A stretch of 64,000 bases of DNA. Source: an uncultured Bacteroidota bacterium (lineage in GTDB: Bacteria > Bacteroidota > Ignavibacteria > Kryptoniales > JAKASW01). Shown piece by piece: positions 8,607 to 17,917 of this stretch; the stretch's first letter is position 1; every line of letters begins with the position of its first letter. The stretch is from NCBI GenBank assembly GCA_963768145.1, contig CAVYHK010000025.1:96001-160000 (forward strand). The letters are read 5' to 3'. The notes under the pieces were generated by a model. The model searched no databases and was not told the DNA's origin. It worked only from the letters and a program-made list of their open reading frames with translations. The position numbers were made by a program, and so were the translations under genes.

Positions 8607-11600
8607 TTATTTCAGCATCATCATTTTGCTGACGCCGATTATCCTGAGCGCACCACCATCCCGCACCCTGAACTGGCAGAAATAAACTCCCGATGCCACG
8701 GAAATACCGTTGCTGTTCCTTCCATCCCAGATGACTTCATGGTAACCTTTGCTTCGAGTTCCCTGTTCGATCACTCTGACCTGACGACCTAGAATATCAT
8801 AGATGACCAACTGGACACCGTTGACGTCATTCGGCAGGCCGTAACGGATTGTCGTCGTCGGATTGAACGGGTTGGGATAATTCTGGAAGAGTGTAAATGC
8901 CTCCGGAACGACAGGCACACCGTTGTTATACAGCTTCACTGAAATTGATTTCCCATCCGAAGAAGAAAGAACAGCGGAGACAAGATGGATTCCCTCCGCG
9001 CCGCTTCGAAGGAGAGCAATCTTCCCCTTAGGTATGAAATTTCCTTTCATGCTGTACGCAAGGACAACCGCAGTGTCTCCTCTGAGCTTAGCACTGGAGA
9101 CTTCAAGGCCGTCCAATCCTTCGAGGCTGCTCAGCAACTTGGTGTCTGTGCATCCGGCAAATCTCAATTGAATACCAGCCACCATCAGAGGTGAATCAAG
9201 CCAAATCTTGTCATTGACAAGATTCAGCGTGGCGTCTTGTTGTGATGATTTCGATGTACTCGCGGCAGCAACGCTTCCTTTTACCATGCTTGGACTCGGA
9301 TGGAGGATCAAGTTGATCGTGCCAATCACATCAAGCACATTTATAACGCTATCGTCGTTAACATCCGCAGCGGCAAAGATGAACGGCTGCGGATTCTGAC
9401 CCAGGATATAAGAAACGTCCGAAATCACATCGAGCACATTCAGCGTATGAGTCGCCGTTCGCATCGCCAGGGCTGGACGTTAACGCCATTGTTCCCACAA
9501 ACTTGGAGTAATCGCTCTCGGTGAAATCAGTGCTGACAACTTTGTAGGCGTAGTAGTAATTCTTGCCGGGAGTGACATTGAAGTCCGTGTATGTCGTGTC
9601 GGTAACCAATTTTGTGCTTATCAGAGTAGTGTCAGAATAGGTCGTATCTGTCACGTTATTGAACCGATACATATTGTAGCCCAAAATGTCTGGCAGGTCC
9701 GGCTTGACCCAGTCAAGCTGCACTTTCCCAAGTCCTGGAGTTGCGGTAAAGTCAACCGATTCAGTTCCGGCAGCATCGATGAGGAAACTAAACCTCATAT
9801 TCTCCACAGGTATATCAAATCCTTCTGGATCCTTTGCGCCCTCGACGCGGATGGTATTTGTTCCATCGCCTGTGTAGAGCTTTACGGTTTTGTATGCCGT
9901 CCAGATTTTATGGTCACTAGACCAACGGGCAGAATCAGTTACCGCTTGTTGGTTGAATGGATCGCGGACACCAAATGAAAGCTGCGGTGTGTAGGTTGTG
10001 TCCATCGGTCGATTGAAATACACATCAAAACGGTGCGGCCCGACACCGATGGGGTTCATAAGATTTTTCTGGTCCTGTGGGTCAACGCTGTCGACCAGAA
10101 CTTTCCAGACCATGCCATGAGCGGAGTCGGAGGGCACCGAAAGGTAAGGCTTGAAATTCACCATAGGCAGGTTCGGGTCGTCCCAGAAATCATAGATTTT
10201 CCCTTCAATCCTCGTAGAGTCGACGGTTCCCCAGTATTGATTAGGGATGTTAATAATATCGCCGTTTCCAGTGGTATAAACCGCGTAGGAATTCAGTCCA
10301 AAACCGAGGAAGTTGTTGCCTACAGACGTGACATCAGTGGTAGGAGAATATATTGAAGTCGGATGATAACCAGGATTGTAGTTCGAGAGTCGATTGAAAT
10401 TATTGTAGCTTCCTGGAAACTGCGGTTCATACCCAACCATATAGCCCAGAGAAGAGCTGCAGTAGTCCATGTTGCACTTGTAAAATGTTGCAGGTTGGTT
10501 ATGCATAATCGAAAACGGTAAATGCGCAATTCACAAATATGCAATTTGAGAAACTGAAACTAGGTCCCAAGAACATGGCACCGACCCAAACGTTGGGATT
10601 GGTACCTGTAGAGATTCCTTCGAATTTGCAATGGTCAAACTGATAGTCGCTTCCTTGGTAATACGATGAAGCGTCGCCAAAGCCATCATTCGTTGAAACG
10701 AACTGCGTATATGAAAATGTAAAACTCCCCAAACCTCTCAAGCCGGATGGCCCATTGAAAACGATGTTACTGTCCGCCGTTCCGTTGGCAATGATGTGCC
10801 CTTTATTGACAAGCAAGTTGTTAAGAACAATTTTCGTCCCAGGATCGATTGTCAGAGTTTCCGTTGGTGCCGACTCTGAAGCTCTGGTTCACAAGCCAAA
10901 TCCTGTTTGCTGTTAACGTCATTGTCGAATCCATTACGCCTGCAAGTTGTTGCCCGTTGCTCGCAGTTAATACGACCTGTTGTCTCGTGGTGTCCACTGC
11001 TCCATGATACCAAAGCGTCGCCTGGAACACTATATTCCTCCCCTCGGCAACGCTCGGCGATATCTGGATTACGAAAGGATTTGTTTCATTTGTCCTCGTC
11101 GCATAAGGACTGATGCTGCCGAGGAATGCAACGGGATTCAGTATATGTGCAACTGACGTATCCTCAAATTCGCCAAGGCTCAGGCCAACAAAGACGCTAT
11201 CTGATTGACCCCAGGTATTTCTCACCGTGAACCATTGCTGAATTGTCTCGCCGGCGTCAACGAGGCCGTTATTGTTATCACCCGCAAGCGTGTCAACGAT
11301 AGTATTGGATACGAACCAAAGGGCAGGGTTTGCCTGAACATTCAAGGCTGAGAAGAGATTTATATTGCCTGAACTTGTGTTGATTAGATTTCCCCACATT
11401 AATTCCTGTGATTCCTCGGGGTGGAGCTGTCGATAAAGCGCCACAGCTCCCGAAACTACCGGCGTTGCCATCGATGTCCCAGAGTAAACTCTGTAATTCC
11501 CATTCGGAATCGTGCTTATTATGCCGTCTCCCGGAGCCTGCAATTCATAATTCCATAAGTCTGAGATACTGGCTGTAGACCGGACCGTCAGGGTCAAAAT

Positions 11601-12829
11601 TACTAAACGATGCAAGACCACCAAGCTTGAGAAGTTGCCTGCACCCCCAAGACATACGAAAGGGCTGCGGGAAAAAAAGGACCCAGGGGCGGAGGATATA
11701 TCGACCTCCATCATTCCCCGCCGCCGCCACGAGAACACACGTGGCATAAGCGTTTTGCAAGGCTGCTTCCATAGTCAAAGATTCTGCATAACTTCCAAAG
11801 CTCATGTTTATGACAGTTGCGCCTTTCATGACTGCGTAGTAAATGCCCTGTGTAATCGTCGCCACGTCACCCTGCCCATTGCTCTGGAACACTTTGACCG
11901 GCATGATCCTGGCGTGCCAATCAACCCCGGCAATCCCTATTCCGTTATTCCCAACTGCACAGGCGATTCCCGCTACGTGCGTGCCATGGCTGTTATCGTC
12001 GCTTGGGTCGTTGTCGTTGTTGATGAAATCCCAACCGTGAATATCATCGACATATCCGTCGTTATCATCGTCGATACCAGCCACTCCGTCGGCTTCAGCT
12101 GTGTTGAGTCCAGATGTTGTCGGCAAGATCGGGATGATGCCAGTCGACTCCCGTGTCAAGAAATGCGATTATCTGGCTTGAGTCCCCGGTTGTCGTATCC
12201 CATACCGCGTCGGCATGAACTGCCGGGATTGCCCACTGCTGCGAGTACAAAGGATCGCCTGGGGTCACGACGTTCGGAGATTTGGGATGGTGAACGTCGC
12301 CGTGTTCGTTCAAGTACTCCTGAATGCCCTGTGGAGTAATTATGCCAGACTCTGGTTTATCATCCACAATAGAATAAATGTAATCTGGCTCTGCATAGAC
12401 GACATTTGGATCACCCTTCAATGCCTGGATTGCATCGAACTGTTTCGATGGATCTTTGACAGTGAGTTCATAAATGTTGTGCAGGCTTGGCCTTTGGAAT
12501 GTATAGCCGTTGAAAGATTTTAGCGTCTGCGGTTGCTCAAGAGGCATCGCGTTCTTGAAAACCTTTGCAACCGATGTCACTTCGTATTGCTGGAAGATCG
12601 CATCGACAGTCGGCAAACCGGTTTTCTTCAAGCCCTGTGACTCGCCTGGAGTGACACTCGCCCCATCTTTGAACCTTACAAGTATGACCCCGGGAACAAA
12701 GTCCGCCTTTGTCATGCTCGCGTTGAGCTTGACCGGTTCGCTCGGTGAGTTATTAGAAAATAGCGGTGTCTGCGATGACGCACTCTGTACCAGTGCAAAA
12801 ACTATCGAAAGAAGTAATGCATTCCGCAT
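8607..12829 (-). pseudogene. Disrupted tandem paralog of the downstream-listed S8 peptidase (six ORF fragments, at least 7 frame changes)
   Basis: The ORFs 12095..12829, 11545..12159, 10821..11747, 10499..10816, 9358..10506 and 8607..9464 align in order to the 1387-aa protein at 12951..17114. They cover the signal peptide and prodomain, the D/H/S catalytic motifs, the beta-helix region, Fn3, the dockerin-like segment and the CTD. Around 11545-11750 the homologous reading alternates between two frames three times. Confidence 0.75.
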
Positions 12830-12950
12830 TGCCCAAAACCTCCATTCTTAGTTCTCTGAGAACTCTCAGTTACCATGAGAGTTCGCTGACGCTCTTTGAT
12901 AGCATTTTGAAACTCATGCGGGACATTTCCAAATCATGGCTCACCACTTA

Positions 12951-15900
12951 TTATTTCAGCATCATCATTTTGCTGACGCCGATTATCCTGAGCGCACCAC
13001 CATCCCGCACCCTGAACTGGCAGAAATAAACTCCCGATGCCACGGAAATACCGTTGCTGTTCCTTCCATCCCAGATGACTTCATGGTAACCTTTGCTTCG
13101 AGTTCCCTGTTCGATCACTCTGACCTGACGACCTAGAATATCACAGATGACCAACTGGACGCCGTTGGCATCTTTCGGCAGACCGTAGCGAATCGTAGTC
13201 GTCGGATTGAACGGGTTGGGATAATTCTGGAAGAGTGTAAATGTTTCTGGAACGACAGGCACACCGTTGTTATACAGCTTCACTGAAATTGATTTCCCAT
13301 CCGAAGAAGAAAGAACAGCGGAGACAAGATGGATTCCCTCCGCGCCGCTTCGAAGGAGAGCAATCTTCCCCTTAGGTATGAAATTTCCTTTCATGCTGTA
13401 CGCAAGGACAACCGCAGTGTCTCCTCTGAGCTTAGCACTGGAGACTTCAAGGCCGTCCAATCCTTCGAGGCTGCTCAGCAACTTGGTGTCTGTGCATCCG
13501 GCAAATCTCAATTGAATACCAGCCACCATCAGAGGTGAATCAAGCCAAATCTTGTCATTGACAAGATTCAGCGTGGCGTCTTGTTGTGATGATTTCGATG
13601 TACTCGCGGCAGCAACGCTTCCTTTTACCATGCTTGGACTCGGATGGAGGATCAAGTTGATCGTGCCAATCACATCAAGCACATTTATGACGCTATCGTC
13701 ATTAACATCCGCGGCGGCGAAGATGAAAGGCTGCGGATTTTGACCCAAGATATATGAAACGTCAGATATTACGTCGAGGACGTTGACGGTAAAGTCTCCA
13801 TTTGCATCCCCCGGATTTGATGTCAGCGCCTTGGTCCCGACAAACTTGGAGTAATCGCTCTCGGTGAAATCAGTGCTGACAACTTTGTAGGCGTAGTAGT
13901 AATTAGTTCCGGGAGTGACGTTGAAGTCCGTGTATGTCGTGTCGGTAACCAATTTTGTGCTTATCAGAGTAGTGTCAGAATAGGTCGTATCTGTCATGTT
14001 ATTGAACCGATACATATTGTAGCCCAAAATGTCTGGCAGGTCCGGCTTGACCCAGTCAAGCTGCACTTTCCCGAGTCCTGGAGTTGCAGCAAAGTCAACG
14101 GATTCAGTCCCGGCAGCATCGATAAGGAAATTGAACCTCCTATCCTCAATAGGTATTTCAAAGCCTTCTGGATCCCTTGCGGTAGCAACCCGGACAGTAT
14201 TTATCCCGTCGCCGGTGTAGAGCTTAACGGTCTTGTATGCCGTCCAGATTTTGTGATCAGATGACCAGTGGGCCGAATCGGCCACTGCTTGCTGGTCGAA
14301 CGGATCTCGGACACCAAAAGAAAGCTGAGGGGCATAAGTCGTGTCCATCGGACGATTGAAATAGACGTCAAAACGATGAGGACCGACACCGATTGCATCA
14401 AGAGTGCTATCGAGCGGATCGATTCCATCGATAAGCACTTTCCAAACATGCCCATGACTGCTATCTGAGGGAACATTCAAATAAGGCGTGACGACGCTGG
14501 CTGGGCCGCTTCCCCGGACAATAAAATCATTAAATGTCTTTTTAATCTTCAACGAATCGGTTCGTCCCCAATAATTCAGCCCGGTGTGTGCATAATCCAC
14601 GTTTCCGTCCACGTATAAATCTTCCTCCACTCCCGCACCCAGATTGCCAAAGATTGAGTTACCACAAAATGTCTCCTGTGGATCCCTGACATCGAAAACC
14701 CCGTAGACAGCAAATCGATCCAACCCGCCATTCCTTATGAATAAATTGTCTGTGTAGTAATCGAGCGGAGAAGTCTGAAGCCAGATAAGGAATTGATAAC
14801 CGCCAAACGGATTGTCCGTTACAATGTTTCTCTCAAACAGCACTGGACTTCCATAAAGCGTAGGCGCAACATTCACAATGCTCGTGAATATGCAGTTCTT
14901 AATGACAACGCTATCTCCTCCCCAATTGATCGCTAGTGCGACACTCATGTCGTGAAATTTTGTGTAATTCAGGAAAAGCTTGCATGGTTTCTGGTTGCTC
15001 TGAATTCCCTCACCGGTGCCGGATGGATACCCGCTAACGTCGATCAAGCTGTCGGGCACACCTGCCGCAATCAATGTCCCCCAAACATCCATTAATTTTC
15101 CTTGGTAGAATACTATATGCGTACCAGGCAGAATCGTGAGAGTAACTCCGCTGGCAACCCTGAGGTTGTCCTTTACCAGATAGAGTCTGTCCGGCGTCCA
15201 AACGGTATTTGACGAAATTATGCCACCCACTTGAGTCCCATTTTCGACCGTGAGCACCACCTCCTGTTTCACCGTATCCGACGATCCCTTGCCCCAAGTT
15301 GATGCCTCGAAGACAACATTCCTGTTGTTCGTAATATTGCTATTGAAATGTATTTCCAACGGATTATGTTCATTCGTTCTAATTGCATAAGGACTGATAC
15401 TCCCGACCAACGCCTTATCGATGAGAATTTGTGCAATTGATGTATCCTCGTATTCGCCAAACCCTATGCTAACGAAGACGGAATCAGACTGTGCCCAGGT
15501 GTTGCGTAAAGTGAACCACAGTTGAATTGTTTCACCAGCGTCTACTCTTCCGTCTCCATCTCCGTCCAGTGTGTCGACTACAGTATTAGACACGAAGCTC
15601 AGCTTTGGTTCACCAGATACATTGAGAGCCGAAAAAATATCGATATACGTTCCCTCGGTATTTATCAAATTCCCCAGCATCAGCTCTTGGGATTCTCCAG
15701 GATGAAGTAATTCATATAGTGCTACGCAACCGGCGACAATCGGAGTCGCCATGGACGTTCCGCTGTAAACCCTGTAGTTGCCATTCGGAACGGTGCTGAT
15801 GATTCCAGATCCCGGCGCCTTCAATTCGTAATTCAGCAAATCGGAATAAGCACTATAGATAGGGCCATCCGGGTCATAATTTGAAAATCCGGGCGGTGTC

Positions 15901-17114
15901 GAATTCCCCAACGCGTCTCCTGCCTGCACGCCCAACACGAAAGAAAATGCAGCCGGATAGAATGGACCGAGAGGTGGTGGATAAATAGAGGCTCCGTCAT
16001 TGCCAGCAGCAGCGACAAGAACACACTGAGCATAAGCATATTGCAACGCATTCTCCATCGTCAACGATTTTGCGTAACTTCCAAAGCTCATGTTTATGAC
16101 AGTGGCACCTTTCATGGCTGCGTAGTAAATGCCCTGTGTAATCGTCGCCACGTCACCCTGCCCATTGCTCTGGAACACTTTGACCGGCATGATCCTGGCG
16201 TGCCAATCAACCCCGGCAATCCCTATTCCGTTATTCCCAACTGCGCAGGCGATTCCCGCTACGTGCGTGCCGTGACTGTTGTCGTCACTCGGATCGTTGT
16301 CATTATTTATGAAATCCCAACCGTGAATATCATCGACATATCCGTCGTGATCATCATCGATGCCAGCTACTCCGTCGGCTTCAGCTGTGTTGATCCAGAT
16401 GTTGGCGGTAAGATCGGGATGATGCCAGTCGACTCCCGTGTCAAGAAATGCGATTATCTGGCTTAAGTCCCCGGTTGTTGTATCCCAAACTGCGTCGGCA
16501 TGAACTGCCGGGATTGCCCACTGCTGCGAGTACAAAGGATCGCCTGGGGACACGACGTTTGGAGATTTGGGATGGTGAACGTCGCCGTGTTCGTTCAAGT
16601 ACTCCTGAATGCCCTGCGGAGTAATTATGCCAGACTCTGGTTTATCATCCACAATAGAATAAATGTAATCTGGCTCTGCATAGACGACATTTGGATCACC
16701 CCTCAATGCCTGGATTGCATCGAACTGTTTCGATGGATCTTTGACAGTGAGTTTATAAATGTTGTGCAGGCTTGGCCTTTGGAATGTATAGCCGTTGAAA
16801 GACTTCAGCGTCTGCGGTTGCTCAAGAGGCATCGCGTTCTTGAAAACCTTTGCAACCGATGTCACTTCGTATTGCTGGAAGATCGCGTCGATGGTCGGCA
16901 AACCTGTTTTCTTCAAGCCCTGTGACTCTCCTGGAGTGACACTTGCCCCATCTTTGAACCTTACAAGTATGACACCGGGGACAAAATTCGACTTCGTCAT
17001 ATTTGCTTCAAGCTTGACAGGATCCGAAGGCCCATTGTCACGGAAAAGTGTGGACTGCCCATGGACAGTCTGGACAGCGAAGGACAAAAGGAAGAAGACA
17101 GCAATCTTATTCAT
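12951..17114 (-). CDS. Subtilisin-like S8 serine peptidase, multidomain: prodomain, S8 core, beta-helix-like region, Fn3-like, dockerin-like pair, cohesin-like module, T9SS CTD
   Basis: The catalytic motifs are LDTGVDWHHPDL (Asp), HGTHVAGIA (His), AAAGNDG (oxyanion Asn) and GTSMATPIVAG (Ser). It has a signal peptide (MNKIAVFFLLSFAVQTVHGQ). The dockerin-like repeats are DANGDFTVNVLDV / DVNDDSVINVLDV. The CTD is FQNYPNPFNPTTTIRYGLP..GVYFCQF. Confidence 0.9.
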   Translation of the reverse strand: MNKIAVFFLLSFAVQTVHGQSTLFRDNGPSDPVKLEANMTKSNFVPGVILVRFKDGASVTPGESQGLKKTGLPTIDAIFQQYEVTSVAKVFKNAMPLEQPQTLKSFNGYTFQRPSLHNIYKLTVKDPSKQFDAIQALRGDPNVVYAEPDYIYSIVDDKPESGIITPQGIQEYLNEHGDVHHPKSPNVVSPGDPLYSQQWAIPAVHADAVWDTTTGDLSQIIAFLDTGVDWHHPDLTANIWINTAEADGVAGIDDDHDGYVDDIHGWDFINNDNDPSDDNSHGTHVAGIACAVGNNGIGIAGVDWHARIMPVKVFQSNGQGDVATITQGIYYAAMKGATVINMSFGSYAKSLTMENALQYAYAQCVLVAAAGNDGASIYPPPLGPFYPAAFSFVLGVQAGDALGNSTPPGFSNYDPDGPIYSAYSDLLNYELKAPGSGIISTVPNGNYRVYSGTSMATPIVAGCVALYELLHPGESQELMLGNLINTEGTYIDIFSALNVSGEPKLSFVSNTVVDTLDGDGDGRVDAGETIQLWFTLRNTWAQSDSVFVSIGFGEYEDTSIAQILIDKALVGSISPYAIRTNEHNPLEIHFNSNITNNRNVVFEASTWGKGSSDTVKQEVVLTVENGTQVGGIISSNTVWTPDRLYLVKDNLRVASGVTLTILPGTHIVFYQGKLMDVWGTLIAAGVPDSLIDVSGYPSGTGEGIQSNQKPCKLFLNYTKFHDMSVALAINWGGDSVVIKNCIFTSIVNVAPTLYGSPVLFERNIVTDNPFGGYQFLIWLQTSPLDYYTDNLFIRNGGLDRFAVYGVFDVRDPQETFCGNSIFGNLGAGVEEDLYVDGNVDYAHTGLNYWGRTDSLKIKKTFNDFIVRGSGPASVVTPYLNVPSDSSHGHVWKVLIDGIDPLDSTLDAIGVGPHRFDVYFNRPMDTTYAPQLSFGVRDPFDQQAVADSAHWSSDHKIWTAYKTVKLYTGDGINTVRVATARDPEGFEIPIEDRRFNFLIDAAGTESVDFAATPGLGKVQLDWVKPDLPDILGYNMYRFNNMTDTTYSDTTLISTKLVTDTTYTDFNVTPGTNYYYAYKVVSTDFTESDYSKFVGTKALTSNPGDANGDFTVNVLDVISDVSYILGQNPQPFIFAAADVNDDSVINVLDVIGTINLILHPSPSMVKGSVAAASTSKSSQQDATLNLVNDKIWLDSPLMVAGIQLRFAGCTDTKLLSSLEGLDGLEVSSAKLRGDTAVVLAYSMKGNFIPKGKIALLRSGAEGIHLVSAVLSSSDGKSISVKLYNNGVPVVPETFTLFQNYPNPFNPTTTIRYGLPKDANGVQLVICDILGRQVRVIEQGTRSKGYHEVIWDGRNSNGISVASGVYFCQFRVRDGGALRIIGVSKMMMLK

Positions 17115-17863
17115 GATATTACTCCCTCAGAGACCCAAGAATTTGACAGGCTTTTAACTAAGCAACCGTTCAGCGTAATCATGTTTCCCCTCGTTTTCAC
17201 CTGCTATATGATATGGTCGCGCATAATCATATGCGCTGGAATTATCAATCGTGTCTAATGGTTACCGAATCAAGAAGGATTAGAAACCAGACCTGGAGAT
17301 TCCGTATCTCCCATCAATCCACCGAGCTGATCCGCCTCCTTCAATGTCCGACCTATATTCACTTACCACCACTTTTCTTAACGATCAGTGGAAGCTTTCG
17401 GAACACCCTCCTGAATTCTGTATTAATGTACTGCGGTTGAACCCAAGAGTCAATTCTCTGAACTTCGCCTCCTCTTATGACGTGATCTCACTCACGTTCC
17501 GGCATTATAGTGAAATTGGCATCTTGCATGGGTCTCGTCGGTGATAAGATACCCCTGCGCGAAAGCCATCGATACAAACAACTCCCCCATTTGTGATTCC
17601 GAGCAACGTCGAATGAGCCATCGAAAAGCGGGTCGCGCTTGCCCCGCCCCTTTTTTCTCATGTCCTTCAGAATGCAAATTCAAGCCGAACAACTGGAGAG
17701 GTTAATCACTCCGCGTGCGAGACGTCCAGCGAAGTCGGGGACGTGAACAGCCATCCCAGCAGCGCCCGATCTCATCTGACTACATCGGAGAAGAAACCCG
17801 GCGTGACCATAGCGAAATCCGCCATAATTCCGCAAAGAATCTTTAAGCCGCAAATTCTGTATA

Positions 17864-17897
17864 CAAAAAAACCCGGCAGGATTTCCTGTCGGGTTTT
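17864..17897 (-). terminator. Rho-independent terminator after the 721-aa lipoprotein gene
   Basis: The minus strand is AAACCCGACAGG-AAAT-CCTGCCGGGTTTTTTT. It is a GC-rich imperfect 10-bp stem followed by a T7 run, about 20 nt after the stop at 17918. Confidence 0.7.
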
Positions 17898-17917
17898 TGC
17901 AATTTGAAGAGAATTGT

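Noticed and set aside
11635-12339. Long antisense ORFs opposite well-supported genes (11635..12339, 16041..16466, 16500..16925, 24610..25173, 25312..25812, 26250..26741, 42998..43573, 50083..50604, 51464..52021, 53291..53806, 59504..60049)
   Set aside because: Each lies entirely within a longer opposite-strand ORF that has clear family motifs. Their compositions are atypical, and several occur as identical pairs only because the underlying peptidase gene is duplicated.
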